NCBI GenBank assembly: GCA_964440545.1
Contig: CAYTSO010000004.1
Location: 1 to 62,386 of the forward strand
DNA length: 62,386 nt
From: an uncultured Candidatus Saccharibacteria bacterium
Lineage (GTDB): Bacteria > Patescibacteriota > Minisyncoccia > Phycocordibacterales > UBA9973
Direction: 5' to 3'
The position numbers and the translations under genes are program-made. The first letter of the stretch is position 1. Each line of letters opens with the position of its first letter. A model generated the notes under the pieces. That model saw only the letters and a list, made by a program, of their open reading frames with translations, was not told where the DNA came from and did not search any database. Below, in pieces: positions 1 to 10,399 of this stretch.

Positions 1-2173
1 AGGTACGTGCAGCAAAAAGTGTGCCGTGTTGATTAAAAGCAGCTGCGCCGAGGGAGGTGCCGTTTCCTCCAGGATTAACAAAAGTATGTTCTTCAATTAC
101 CGAACCATCGTCTGGGTCGATTTGCCAATAATATTCATCTCCGTAACCAAAGAAATATAAATTGTCCTCGGCGTCAAAAGCTAGACCGTTACCGTAAGGA
201 CTCCAACTAGACAGACCACTATCTCCTACTTCTTCAGCTAAACAGGTATTTCCATCACAAGAAGAAATATTTACGGTATACAAAACTCCGCTATTTCCAG
301 ACATTCCATAAAGTGTGCCGTCAGAACGAAAAGCGATGTCGCCTAGAACATGTTCGGTGGCTCCAGCATCGGTAATCACACCTAAATAGGTTCCTACACC
401 AGAGGTGGTATCAATAGTAAACAAACTTTTTGGATTGGTGGCGTTGCTGGCTGAACTACCATACAGAACACCTGTTTCTGGATGAAAAGCTAAACCGGTG
501 ATGTAGTCGCCAACAGAAGGAATATAAACACCACCCGTATCTCCGTTGGTTGGATTAATTGTGTAAAGATGGTCATCGAAACCTGTCGCACTAGGCATTC
601 CATAAAGAATTTGATCAGTTCCGCAAGTTGGAGTAGAAAAACTTTCGTCATCACCATAATCTGTTCCTTCACCGTTAACAGCATAGGCACGATAATGGTA
701 AGTAGTATCACAAGTTAAAGATGAAGCCACGACGCCAAAACCCTCTCGAACGAAATCTCCAGTGCTAGAGACGCTGCTTCCATAAGCGGTGGTTAAACCA
801 TATTCAAAACCTACTTCACTGGCTGATTCTCCGCCGGTGTCGGTGATGGTTCCAAGAAGAGCAGAAGCAGTAGAGTTGATCGCTAGAGTAGAACCGGTGA
901 CGACGGTTGGGCCAGAAACAGCACAGCCACCCAATTCAATGCCACCATTCACTATTCCTCCATCCGGGTCGGCGGTGACAGCGAAACAGGCACTACCAAA
1001 AACGGTTGAACCATTAAAGGTGGAGTCGTAGAAACTGGCGTTGCCACCAACTCTTCCCGGCGTACTACCTCTAGGAAAATTGGGACGGGCACTATTATGA
1101 CTTAAATCATTGAATGTTGCATTGCCGTCTATGCTACCGCCATAGTTGTAGCTAGAATTATAAAAAATTGCATTACCATAAACCGAGCCTTCGTTCCTAC
1201 TGGAATCATTGAATGTGGCGTTACTAGAAAGAAGTCCCTTATTGTAGCTTGAATTATTTAAGACGGCATTGCCACTAACGTTTCCAAGCTCACTATTATA
1301 ACTAGTATCATTGAAAGTTGCCGTGCCACTAATGTCATTTAAATTTAAGAAACATGCAAAAGGGGAATTTTTTAGGTTATGACTTGTGTCATTAAAGATT
1401 ACGTTGCCGTTAATATCACCAAAACAACTATTATAACTATCACCGTTAAAGATTACGTCACCAAAAATTGTATTATTGTTTATACTTGTTTCGTTAAACG
1501 TTGCTTCACCTGTAATTATATCAGCATTTCTTGCTGAATCATTAAAAGTCGCATTGCCAGTAATCGCTCCGTTGTTTTCGCTTGAGTCGTTAAAAATAAA
1601 TTCTGTAATTTCATTATTTTCCGAATCCATCGCCTTTCCTTCAACTGTTCCCCACTTCTGCGAATCATGGAGAACAATTGCTCCGTCTGACGCTGAGGTA
1701 AAAACTGCGTCTCCCTCAACAATGCCAGAATTGTAACTATCATCATTAAAAATTGCATTGCCAGAAATTGTTCCTTCCGACAGGTTAATTCCATTATAAC
1801 TATCGTCGTTAAAAATGACGTTACCTGTAATAGTAGCGCCTTTGTTGTAGCTTGAGAGTTCAAACGTCACATTATCAGCAACAATTACATTAATTGCCAA
1901 ATAGGCGAACCCATTATCAACTAATATTGAATTAACAGATACGTCTGAACCACTGTTTAAATCAACTGCGTTTGATATTACTACATCATCACTCGCGGTC
2001 GGCAACGCTGAAGCAGGAACAGTAAAAGCATCATCCTCCCACCAATTCCCCAACGTGTTCCAATCAGTATCTACGGCTGCATTGTAGTAAAGCGTAGCCG
2101 CTTGTGCTGAAGAAATATTTAAAAACAAAAAACCAAAAAATAATAAAAAGGAAACAAAAATAAATTTTTTCAT
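1..2173 (-). CDS. Secreted repeat-rich surface protein, truncated at its C-terminus by the window edge. It has a signal peptide, about 13 tandem ~20-aa GNAxFNDxSxN repeats, a YRAYA Fn3-like module and LYG/DG propeller-like repeats.
   Basis: My own minus-strand translation from ATG 2173 gives MKKFIFVSFLLFFGFLFLNISSAQAATLYYN. The frame stays open to position 1, so it is absent from the ORF track (no stop in window). A 60-nt DNA periodicity at ~1030-1860 encodes TGNVIFNDDSYN, SGNAIFNDDSYN, GNATFNDSARN and GEATFNETSIN. EVGFEYGLTTAYG...TYHYRAYA lies at ~680-830. Confidence 0.8.
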   Translation of the reverse strand, partial: MKKFIFVSFLLFFGFLFLNISSAQAATLYYNAAVDTDWNTLGNWWEDDAFTVPASALPTASDDVVISNAVDLNSGSDVSVNSILVDNGFAYLAINVIVADNVTFELSSYNKGATITGNVIFNDDSYNGINLSEGTISGNAIFNDDSYNSGIVEGDAVFTSASDGAIVLHDSQKWGTVEGKAMDSENNEITEFIFNDSSENNGAITGNATFNDSARNADIITGEATFNETSINNNTIFGDVIFNGDSYNSCFGDINGNVIFNDTSHNLKNSPFACFLNLNDISGTATFNDTSYNSELGNVSGNAVLNNSSYNKGLLSSNATFNDSSRNEGSVYGNAIFYNSSYNYGGSIDGNATFNDLSHNSARPNFPRGSTPGRVGGNASFYDSTFNGSTVFGSACFAVTADPDGGIVNGGIELGGCAVSGPTVVTGSTLAINSTASALLGTITDTGGESASEVGFEYGLTTAYGSSVSSTGDFVREGFGVVASSLTCDTTYHYRAYAVNGEGTDYGDDESFSTPTCGTDQILYGMPSATGFDDHLYTINPTNGDTGGVYIPSVGDYITGLAFHPETGVLYGSSASNATNPKSLFTIDTTSGVGTYLGVITDAGATEHVLGDIAFRSDGTLYGMSGNSGVLYTVNISSCDGNTCLAEEVGDSGLSSWSPYGNGLAFDAEDNLYFFGYGDEYYWQIDPDDGSVIEEHTFVNPGGNGTSLGAAAFNQHGTLFAART

Positions 2174-2240
2174 ATTAAAGAAATTATACTAAATATTCTT
2201 TCAGAATATGAGTTTTTTGTGTGGATAAGTAAAGTTCAAA

Positions 2241-2486
2241 TTAATCTAAGTGAACAACTTTAATTTTCCAAACTTTATTTTTATTTTTGCGAGTTCCGGC
2301 TATTGGTTTTTCCCCGGATTTTATTTTTTTAATTATATTTTCAATATCCTCCAGATTGTAAACACGGTAATTATTAATTGGATGTCGAAAAGCAACTAGT
2401 TTCCCCGAATTATCCCAGTTGCGCAAGGTTAATTTTGAAACGTTCAGAATTTCTGCTGCCTCCTTAATTGTGATAAATTTTTGCAT
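2241..2486 (-). CDS. Small MerR/excisionase-type helix-turn-helix DNA-binding protein
   Basis: This is ORF 2241..2507. The motif ITIKEAAEILNVSKLTLRNWDNSGKL is present. The track start is TTG; in-frame ATGs lie at 2492 and 2486. A TATATT box (2495-2500) sits 8 nt upstream of ATG 2486. Confidence 0.6.
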   Translation of the reverse strand: MQKFITIKEAAEILNVSKLTLRNWDNSGKLVAFRHPINNYRVYNLEDIENIIKKIKSGEKPIAGTRKNKNKVWKIKVVHLD

Positions 2487-2617
2487 AACCATATAATATA
2501 CTAACAAACATTGATAAGCAATACTAGTAATAAGTATTAATGTTTATTATGCATTAATATTGTTATTCTGCAAAAGATAAATTTGTGTTAAATATTACAG
2601 GAGAGTATAATCATAAT

Positions 2618-4081
2618 ATGGTAAATGAAATATTTAATCTAATAGAAGGTGGTACGAGCAAACAAGAAAAAGAACAGATCGAAAAGGCATACAATTTTGC
2701 CAAAAAAGCGCATGAGGGACAAAAAAGAATGAACGGGGATCCGTATTTTATTCATGTTTTTGAGACAGCAAAGAATTTGGCTAAATTCGGAATGGACACC
2801 CAGACAATTATCGCTGGATTATTGCATGATGTTTTGGAGGACACAGAAACAAAAGAGGAGGAAATAAAAAAAGAATTTGGCGATGATGTTTTGTTTTTAA
2901 TAAATGGTGTAACGAAGTTAGGCACTCTAAGATACCGTGGTCATGAGAGACATGTCGAAAGTTTGCGAAAGTTTTTTATTGCCATGGCGAACGATCTACG
3001 AGTTGTTATTATAAAATTTGCTGATCGACTTCATAATCTTAAAACTCTACAACATGTACCGGAAGAAAAAAGACACAGAATAGCATTAGAGTCAATTGAG
3101 GTTTATGCTCCCCTGGCAAACCGCTTGGGTATGGGTAAGCTAAAGGGAGACATCGAGGATGCAGCCTTCCCCTTTGCTTATCCTGAAGAGTATAAGAAAA
3201 TTGAAGAAATAATTAAGGAAAAAAAAGATCTTTATAAAAAATATCTTACGGAAGTTAACCAAAAGCTCAAGAAGGAATTGTATAAAAATCAAATAAATTT
3301 TACTGAGATTGACTATCGTATTAAACATAAATACAGTTTGTATAAAAAGCTCTTGAAATATAACATGGATATTGAAAAGATCTACGATATTGTTGCGCTT
3401 CGGGTAGTCGTTAACAATGTAGAAGAATGCTATAGAGTTTTGGGACTTGTCCACTCAATCTGGACTCCTCTCCCTGGGAGAATCAAGGATTATATTGCTG
3501 TCCCTAAACCAAATGGCTATCGCTCTCTACATACAACCATTTTTACTGGTTCGGGCGGAATAGCAGAAATACAAATAAGAACAAAGGAAATGCACGCTGA
3601 GGCAGCCTATGGTGTTGCGGCTCATTTTGCCTACAAGGAAGGTGCTGGTAAAAAAAACAAAGACGACAAGGATAAATATCGATGGGTTGAGGAATTAAAG
3701 CATTTAAATTATTTTCCGGCCAATCCAAAAAAGTTTATTGATCATTTAAAAATGGATTTTTTTAACGATCGAATTTTTATCTTTACTCCAAAAGGTGATG
3801 TTATAGATCTGCCAGAAGATTCATCCCCTCTTGATTTTGCTTATGCAATACATTCAGATATTGGTGAACATACTTCCGGGGCTAAAATCAATACCAAAAT
3901 GTCCCCAATTTATTCAAAGTTAAAAAACGGAGATGTGGTTGAAATAATTACCAAAAAAGACGCGCGTCCATCAAGCAAATGGCTTGAATATGCAAAAACA
4001 AACCTAGCTAAAAAACACATAAGGTCATATTTAGACAAGAATAGTTTATTGGCAAAACTTAAATCATTTGGTCGTAGCTAG
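2618..4081 (+). CDS. rel: Bifunctional (p)ppGpp synthetase/hydrolase, RelA/SpoT homolog (HD, synthetase and TGS domains; no ACT domain)
   Basis: HD motif HDVLEDT, synthetase motif DYIAVPKPNGYRSLHT and TGS motif GDVVEIITK are present. I chose ATG 2618 because TATAAT (2606-2611) lies 6 nt upstream. The in-frame GTG at 2585 is an alternative start. Confidence 0.9.
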   Translation: MVNEIFNLIEGGTSKQEKEQIEKAYNFAKKAHEGQKRMNGDPYFIHVFETAKNLAKFGMDTQTIIAGLLHDVLEDTETKEEEIKKEFGDDVLFLINGVTKLGTLRYRGHERHVESLRKFFIAMANDLRVVIIKFADRLHNLKTLQHVPEEKRHRIALESIEVYAPLANRLGMGKLKGDIEDAAFPFAYPEEYKKIEEIIKEKKDLYKKYLTEVNQKLKKELYKNQINFTEIDYRIKHKYSLYKKLLKYNMDIEKIYDIVALRVVVNNVEECYRVLGLVHSIWTPLPGRIKDYIAVPKPNGYRSLHTTIFTGSGGIAEIQIRTKEMHAEAAYGVAAHFAYKEGAGKKNKDDKDKYRWVEELKHLNYFPANPKKFIDHLKMDFFNDRIFIFTPKGDVIDLPEDSSPLDFAYAIHSDIGEHTSGAKINTKMSPIYSKLKNGDVVEIITKKDARPSSKWLEYAKTNLAKKHIRSYLDKNSLLAKLKSFGRS

Positions 4082-4082
4082 T

Positions 4083-5078
4083 TTAGATACTGAAATTAGA
4101 AATATTATATAGCTCGGCATCATCTTGTTTTATTTCATCTTGAGTTCTGTCGTCGAGCGCTTCTTCTGAATTATCTATTTCAGTTTTTCCTTTATTTTCC
4201 TGAGAAATATGGTTTATATGATTCTCAAGCATTTCGATGGGTTTTTTTTCTATTTCAGATTTCTTGATTAAGTCTAAGATTGTACGCAAATCCTCTGTGG
4301 AAAAAAAATCAATTTTTATTTGCCCGCCGAGTTCCTTCCTGTCTATGTGGACACGAGTTCCCAATTTTTCCTGAAACTCTTCCTCTAATTCTGTGATTTC
4401 CGGGTCAGGCATAAATTCTTTCTTGCGTACACGGTCATAGGCAATTTTTCTAGCAAGTTTTTCTGCCTCCCGTACGGTAATCTTTTTGTATAAAATTTCC
4501 TTAAATAAAACTAGTTGCTCTTCTGGGTGGTCAATAAGCATTAAAATAGGGCGGGTATGTCCTTCGGTGATTTTTCCCTCAGACAGAGCATTTAAGATTT
4601 CCTCTGGCAAGCTCAAAATACGCAAGGAGTTGGAAACGTATACCCTGCTTTTGCCCATTTTTTTTGCTATCTCGTTATGGGTAAATTTGAACTCATTAAC
4701 TAACCTTAGGAATGCTCTAGCTCGATCAACCGCATTTAAGTCCTCCCGTTGGAGGTTTTCTATAATAGCAAGTTCAAGCTTCATAATTGCTGTATCGCCA
4801 GTGCGGATAATAACAGGAATTTGCGATACCATAGCAAGTTTGGCGGCACGTAATCGCCGTTCTCCGGCTATCAATTCATATTCTGTTACCAGGCCACCAC
4901 CCTCCTTTTCAACTTCAACTCGAGAAACAATAAGTGGCTGTAGAACCCCATATTGTTTTATTGAATCGGCTAAATCTTGCAACCGCGCCTCGTCAAAATC
5001 CCGTCTTGGCTGAAACGGATTTGGTTTAATTTTGTCGGTATTGATCCAAAAAATTGAATTAGAATATACGTTGGACAT
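4083..5078 (-). CDS. parB: Chromosome partitioning protein ParB/Spo0J
   Basis: KPNPFQPRRDFD, GVLQPLIV and GERRLRAAKLA motifs; 331 aa. Confidence 0.9.
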   Translation of the reverse strand: MSNVYSNSIFWINTDKIKPNPFQPRRDFDEARLQDLADSIKQYGVLQPLIVSRVEVEKEGGGLVTEYELIAGERRLRAAKLAMVSQIPVIIRTGDTAIMKLELAIIENLQREDLNAVDRARAFLRLVNEFKFTHNEIAKKMGKSRVYVSNSLRILSLPEEILNALSEGKITEGHTRPILMLIDHPEEQLVLFKEILYKKITVREAEKLARKIAYDRVRKKEFMPDPEITELEEEFQEKLGTRVHIDRKELGGQIKIDFFSTEDLRTILDLIKKSEIEKKPIEMLENHINHISQENKGKTEIDNSEEALDDRTQDEIKQDDAELYNISNFSI

Positions 5079-5113
5079 GACTCTATTTTAACATAAAGAA
5101 TTTTTTTTGGTAA

Positions 5114-5142
5114 TTGATTTTTAAGCGTTTTTTGTGTAAAAT
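5114..5142 (+). promoter_or_regulatory. Sigma70-type promoter for tRNA-Leu (and probably murA-miaA)
   Basis: TTGATT (5114-5119), 17-nt spacer, TAAAAT (5137-5142). The tRNA starts at 5160. Confidence 0.45.
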
Positions 5143-5159
5143 GTGTGAATTGGGTTTTT

Positions 5160-5243
5160 GCCCGGGTGGCGGAATTGGTAGACGCGATAGACTCAAAATC
5201 TATTGTTGGCAACAACATGAGAGTTCGATTCTCTCCCCGGGCA
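5160..5243 (+). tRNA. tRNA-Leu(CAA), class II with a long variable arm; no encoded CCA
   Basis: Acceptor stem GCCCGGG/CCCGGGC, anticodon loop CTCAAAA, T-arm GAGAGTTCGATTCTCTC. Confidence 0.9.
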
Positions 5244-5250
5244 CAATAAA

Positions 5251-6582
5251 ATGAAACAAACAAAAATACAACATAGTACTTCCACTGACTTTTTGGTAAA
5301 AGGCGGAAAGAAATTGCATGGCACTATTAGAACAAATTTCTCAAAAAACGGGTCAGTGGGACTTTTGTGTGCCTCATTGTTGAACAAAGGTACGACCACC
5401 CTGCATGGTATTGCTCGAATTGAAGAAGTTAATAGGGTAATTGAAATATTGAAAAGCATAGGAGTTAAAATTAAATGGGAAGATAAAAATACCGTAAAAA
5501 TTATTCCGCCAAAGAACTTTAATTTTAAAAATATCAATATTGAATCTGCAATCAGGACTCGTTCTGTAGTTATGTTAATTGGCCCTCTTGTGCATTATTT
5601 AAAATCCTTCAGTTTGCCCCATGCGCATGGTTGTACTTTAGGCAAACGCACCATCGCCGCTCATATATACGCTCTAGAGGAGCTGGGGATAAAAATAAAA
5701 ACTACATTTCAAAATTATGAAATAAACGCTAAAAGTAAAAAACCAGCAGAGATTGTGATGTATGAATCTGGAGATACGGCTTGTGAAAATGTTCTAATGG
5801 CTGCCGCCTTAATTCCCGGAGTGACAAAAATAAGTTTTGCGAGCGCTAATTACATGGTGCAGGAAATTTGTTTTTTTCTTGAAAAGTTGGGGGTAAGGAT
5901 AGAGGGCATCGGCACCGCCACTCTAACAGTGCATGGTATAGAAGAAATAAATAAAAATATTGAATACTGGAATAGCGAGGATCCAATTGAGTCCATGATG
6001 TTTATTTCTGCCTGCGTGATAACTGACTCAAAATTGACCATTACTAGATGCCCTATTGATTTTCTTTCTTTAGAACTAGAAAAGCTTAGGAGAATGAATT
6101 TGCAATTCAAAATTCTAAGAAAATATTATTCTTACAACAGAAGGACCAAGCTTGTCGACATTAGAATTTTCCCAAGTAAACTTATTGCTTTGTCTGATAA
6201 AATTCATTCAAATCCTTATCCTGGTATAAACATAGACAATCTTCCCTTTTTTGTGCCCATTGCTATCCGGGCCAAAGGTCAAACCATGATTCACGATTGG
6301 GTTTATGAAAATCGGGCCATCTACTTTACAGAGCTAAATCGTCTTGGGGCGAATATTGTTTTAGCCGATCCACATCGAGTTTACGTTACTGGTGGCACTA
6401 AATTAAGGGCTGCTCAAGTGGTCTGCCCGCCTGCACTACGCCCTTCTATGATTATTTTTATTTCCATGTTAGCAGCCGAAGGAACTTCCATATTGCGAAA
6501 TGTGTATATGATCAATCGTGGCTATGAAGAAATTGCCAAACGCCTAAACTCCATCGGCGCAGATATAAAAATTTTGAAATAA
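5251..6582 (+). CDS. murA: UDP-N-acetylglucosamine 1-carboxyvinyltransferase
   Basis: 443-aa EPSP-synthase-fold protein. N-terminus LVKGGKKLHGTIRTNFSKNG; Cys-containing loop HAHGCTLGKR. Starts 8 nt after tRNA-Leu. Confidence 0.85.
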   Translation: MKQTKIQHSTSTDFLVKGGKKLHGTIRTNFSKNGSVGLLCASLLNKGTTTLHGIARIEEVNRVIEILKSIGVKIKWEDKNTVKIIPPKNFNFKNINIESAIRTRSVVMLIGPLVHYLKSFSLPHAHGCTLGKRTIAAHIYALEELGIKIKTTFQNYEINAKSKKPAEIVMYESGDTACENVLMAAALIPGVTKISFASANYMVQEICFFLEKLGVRIEGIGTATLTVHGIEEINKNIEYWNSEDPIESMMFISACVITDSKLTITRCPIDFLSLELEKLRRMNLQFKILRKYYSYNRRTKLVDIRIFPSKLIALSDKIHSNPYPGINIDNLPFFVPIAIRAKGQTMIHDWVYENRAIYFTELNRLGANIVLADPHRVYVTGGTKLRAAQVVCPPALRPSMIIFISMLAAEGTSILRNVYMINRGYEEIAKRLNSIGADIKILK

Positions 6583-7433
6583 TGAATAAAGTAATTGTAA
6601 TTCTTGGTCAAACGGCTACCGGTAAGAGTGATTTGGCGGTAAAATTGGCCAAAAAACTAAATGGCGAGGTTATTTCTGCAGATTCAAGACAAGTTTATAA
6701 AGGTCTAGATATTGGAACGGGTAAAATAACTAAAAAGGAAATGAGGGGTGTCCCCCATCACCTTCTTGATGTAGCGGGTCCCAAACATAGATTTAATGTA
6801 TCCGAATATCAAAAATTAGCCATCTCAGCGATAGCGGAGATCGTAAAAAGAGACAAAATCCCGATTATTTGCGGGGGTACTGGCTTTTATATTGATGCAA
6901 TAACCAAGGGCCTAATTTTTCCCGAAGTTCCACCTAATCAAAAACTTCGTAAACAGCTATACTCAAAATCCGCGATAGCATTATTTGAGTATCTTAAAAA
7001 AATTGATAAAAGACGCGCTAGTGATATAAAAAGAAAAAATGAGCAAAATAATAAAGTCAGATTGATTAGAGCTATCGAAATTGCTAAAGCACTAGGTAAG
7101 ATCCCCCACTTGGAAACCGAGCTTCCAAGTTATAAATTCATTAAAATTGGTTTATATCTACCTCCGGAAAAATTAAAAAAGAAAGTGGAAAAAAGAGTTA
7201 AAAAAATGTTTCAGGCAGGTTTGTTGAATGAAATAAAAAAATTAAAACGCGCCGGTATATCTGAAAAAAGATTAAAAGAATTTGGTTTCGAGTACCATAA
7301 ACCAACTCAAGAAAAGGTGATTTCAGAAACTCTTAAATATGCCAAACGACAAATGACTTGGTTCAAACGAGACAAGGAAATAAGGTGGTTTACTGATCCT
7401 AAAAAAGCATTTAGTGCGTTGAAAAAGGATTAA
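6582..7433 (+). CDS. miaA: tRNA dimethylallyltransferase
   Basis: P-loop GQTATGKS; ISADSRQVYKGLDIGTGK; start overlaps the murA stop. Confidence 0.9.
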   Translation: MNKVIVILGQTATGKSDLAVKLAKKLNGEVISADSRQVYKGLDIGTGKITKKEMRGVPHHLLDVAGPKHRFNVSEYQKLAISAIAEIVKRDKIPIICGGTGFYIDAITKGLIFPEVPPNQKLRKQLYSKSAIALFEYLKKIDKRRASDIKRKNEQNNKVRLIRAIEIAKALGKIPHLETELPSYKFIKIGLYLPPEKLKKKVEKRVKKMFQAGLLNEIKKLKRAGISEKRLKEFGFEYHKPTQEKVISETLKYAKRQMTWFKRDKEIRWFTDPKKAFSALKKD

Positions 7434-8082
7434 AGTCGGTATTTGTATCGTAGTAATCCTCTTGTTCTCTTTTCTTTAAAAATGATACAATTTTATAGGT
7501 AGCAGGCGTAAACAATATTTCTACGGCTGTTTTAAAAATGTAATTGGAGATTATTATTGTCAAAAGCAAGGAACCCGGCAGAATACCCCAAAATGCAATC
7601 AAAACAAATAGAATACTGTCTATGAATTCGCCAATTACCGTTGATCCTATGGTGCGAGTCCAGAGCCACCTCCCTTTTGTTAGAATTTTCATTTTCGCCA
7701 AAACAAATGAATTAGAAAAGGCTCCGCAGAAATAAGCAATTAGGCTCGCAATAACAATTCTTGGCGTTAAACCCAAAATAGCGTCGTAGGCAGCTTGATT
7801 GCCCCAATCAGGGGCTGGAGGCAATTTACCCACCACGACAAATACCACAGACATCATCAAGGCCATAAAAAAACCAAGCCAGATCACTCTCCTGGATTTT
7901 TTATAACCATAAACTTCTGTTAAAATATCTCCAAAAATATAGGAGAGAGGAAAAAGCAAAGTACCCGCGTCAAAAGTAAACCATCTCAGGTCCACTATTT
8001 TCGTTGAAGCGATATTTGATATCAACAATACCGAGACAAAGAATACACTTATCGTTGTCAAATATTTGTAGCCCTTTTGCAT
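7411..8082 (-). CDS. Queuosine precursor transporter (YhhQ/VUT family, DUF165)
   Basis: Polytopic membrane protein with FPLSYIFGDILTEVYGY. Confidence 0.75.
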   Translation of the reverse strand: MQKGYKYLTTISVFFVSVLLISNIASTKIVDLRWFTFDAGTLLFPLSYIFGDILTEVYGYKKSRRVIWLGFFMALMMSVVFVVVGKLPPAPDWGNQAAYDAILGLTPRIVIASLIAYFCGAFSNSFVLAKMKILTKGRWLWTRTIGSTVIGEFIDSILFVLIAFWGILPGSLLLTIIISNYIFKTAVEILFTPATYKIVSFLKKREQEDYYDTNTDFNPFSTH

Positions 8083-8095
8083 GATTATAATTATA

Positions 8096-8947
8096 TCAAT
8101 TATTGTTTTTTCTTATAAGGTTTGACCAATTTGGATCGTCAGAATATTTTTCAGCACTTTCGTTAATGAGATATTTTGCTCGCAATTCTTCTAGGGTAAT
8201 ATTGTTATCAATGATACCCAGTTTTTGCGCTAACTCATCAGAGTAAGCAGGCATTAGTACTTTATAGCTGAAAGGTATTCTGTCTTTTGTAATTTCATTT
8301 ACATGAGAGACGATATTTGTTGTGCAAGTATTTGTAAAGGTATTGTAAAATTCTGGTTCTGTTGATAATTTATTGGCACGCGTAAGCATTGAAACGAATA
8401 GCTTACGAATATTTTCTTTGCTCGTAATTACGGGATAAAGAAATACCTTGTCTTTGCGATAATTAGACCTTAATTTTATTACATCCTGTTCGTCTGCCAC
8501 AACATAGACGAGCTCATATTGGCGGAAAAGTCCTTTTAATGCCGAAAATGACTCCCCTATTTCTTTTCTAATTTCAACTGAAATAGCCACATAATCTCCA
8601 TCCTCAAAACCGAAGGAAAGCAGTGTGTGAGCCGCACCGAAACCGTGACCAGAAAAAGGTTCAACCATAAACCAAACTGATTCTAATTTATTTAAATCAA
8701 AAGTTTTATCATAATACCCTACCTCGTAATCACTTGTGGTGTGGTAAGAAATATTTCTTATGTTAGTGATCGAAACTTCATCCTCCTTGAATTCAGTTCT
8801 AGCAAGTATTTTTTGATCCTCGGTCCAGTTACGGGAAAGTGACGGGCGTATAAAAATTACCATTACAACATGAATGAGTAGAAGAAAAACAACAATACTT
8901 ATAATAATTTTAATTGTTTTTTTATACGATAATTTCATTTTCTTCAT
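8096..8947 (-). CDS. Membrane-anchored DUF4105-like (Lnb N-terminal domain-like) protein
   Basis: N-terminal TM helix; FGAAHTLLSFGFEDGDYVAISVE resembles the DUF4105 core (recalled from memory, not searched). Confidence 0.5.
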   Translation of the reverse strand: MKKMKLSYKKTIKIIISIVVFLLLIHVVMVIFIRPSLSRNWTEDQKILARTEFKEDEVSITNIRNISYHTTSDYEVGYYDKTFDLNKLESVWFMVEPFSGHGFGAAHTLLSFGFEDGDYVAISVEIRKEIGESFSALKGLFRQYELVYVVADEQDVIKLRSNYRKDKVFLYPVITSKENIRKLFVSMLTRANKLSTEPEFYNTFTNTCTTNIVSHVNEITKDRIPFSYKVLMPAYSDELAQKLGIIDNNITLEELRAKYLINESAEKYSDDPNWSNLIRKNNN

Positions 8948-9025
8948 CGCGGACTAAATGCTTGGATTTCAGAACTTGTTAGTTCTTACTCTCAAATTAA
9001 ATTAAGTATTAATAATATAGATAGA

Positions 9026-9649
9026 CTATTGAATTATGGAGAAAGTATCGTGGCTTTTTAGAAATGTTCCATTGGCTGAAACAGATATTCTGTAGCTTGA
9101 ACCCGGTTTTACACTTACTGTTCCTGGTCCAGCATCTCCAAATAGCGCCTTACTGGTATCCCATAAATAACTTCCAGTATTCTTTGTATTTTCAATTCCA
9201 AAAGAAGACCAGCAACCAATTTGCTTATGCGAACAATCAATTGAATCATCTTTTAAGTCCAGATTAACAGTATCAACATTCCCAAATAATTCTGGATCCC
9301 ATTTTATCTTATAAATGCTTCCGGCACTAATTTTTTCTCCACCATTAGGAGAAATAATTTTATTAATAGTTTTGAAATCTTGTTGAGGTGGAGGATAATT
9401 ATCCGCTACACACGAATATTTTTTGTTGCTTTCATCCTCTGAAATAAACGATAATTTGTAAGTATATCCCCTGGGGCAAGCACATGAGGGAACCGTAGTG
9501 TCGTACATATTGTTAACATTACAAGTTAAAACGCCATCAATGGGCTCAGAATAATTATTTTTTGCATAATATACAATGCCACCGACAACCAGGATAATAA
9601 TAACTGATACCGCAATGCCAACGCGAATAATACCTTTATTTGTTTTCAT
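9026..9649 (-). CDS. Hypothetical membrane-anchored extracytoplasmic Cys-containing protein
   Basis: 207-aa ORF with N-terminal TM helix GIAVSVIIILVVGGIVYY and a C-terminal Ig-like stretch ISPNGGEKISAGSIYKIKWDP. Confidence 0.5.
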   Translation of the reverse strand: MKTNKGIIRVGIAVSVIIILVVGGIVYYAKNNYSEPIDGVLTCNVNNMYDTTVPSCACPRGYTYKLSFISEDESNKKYSCVADNYPPPQQDFKTINKIISPNGGEKISAGSIYKIKWDPELFGNVDTVNLDLKDDSIDCSHKQIGCWSSFGIENTKNTGSYLWDTSKALFGDAGPGTVSVKPGSSYRISVSANGTFLKSHDTFSIIQ

Positions 9650-9712
9650 AAAGTTAGTATATCACAACACAAGTGCAATGCGGTGTATTGAAGAAGTTGT
9701 TCACGCAATAAT

Positions 9713-10309
9713 TTATGACTTAACCCCTGATTGCCTTTTCTCTTCTTCTTGCAAAGCTTCTTCGTGAATTTTGTTTAAAACAGGATTATTTTCTCCGCCT
9801 AGAATTTCCTCAATTTTTTTATTTAAAGATTCAATTATTTCAGTGTTAGAGGGTATTTCATAATAACCACTATCATGTCTTCCTTCCAAAATTTTAGCTA
9901 TCTTCTTTTCTTCCTCAATTATTTTATCCAGTTTTGCTTTGGCTGAAAGTATTTCAGCTCGGGTTTCTTGTGTTTTGTCCCAACGTTTTTTGTGTTCGTC
10001 ATAATGCTCAAGGTTCAATTTTTCCTTCTCTTCCTTCTCAATATTCATCTTACTAAATTGGTGTCTTGCAATTACAATTTCATGCAGTTCTTGTTCTTCT
10101 AATTTATATTTTGTTATTAAATCTTCAAGGCTTTTTATTGCGGCCCCCTTAATTTCTGGTAGCTGCTTTCTTCTATCTTCTGCTCCCTCAATAGATTTAT
10201 TGAGATGAATTTGTTCTTCTCTGGCGGAAAATGTTTGTTCAACCTTGTCCTGTATGTCTTTCTTCTCTTCAGCCTGTTTGGCTTTTTTTAATAAATCTTC
10301 TATGCTCAT
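9713..10309 (-). CDS. Hypothetical coiled-coil protein (Glu/Lys-rich)
   Basis: 198-aa ORF, heptad-like and charged, with native AT-rich composition. Confidence 0.5.
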   Translation of the reverse strand: MSIEDLLKKAKQAEEKKDIQDKVEQTFSAREEQIHLNKSIEGAEDRRKQLPEIKGAAIKSLEDLITKYKLEEQELHEIVIARHQFSKMNIEKEEKEKLNLEHYDEHKKRWDKTQETRAEILSAKAKLDKIIEEEKKIAKILEGRHDSGYYEIPSNTEIIESLNKKIEEILGGENNPVLNKIHEEALQEEEKRQSGVKS

Positions 10310-10399
10310 ATAATTTTATTATATTAAATTTAGTAATAGTAATATTGTATAACACTTTATTAAAACAATAAAGTTCACAACATTCACAAAGTTCACGAG

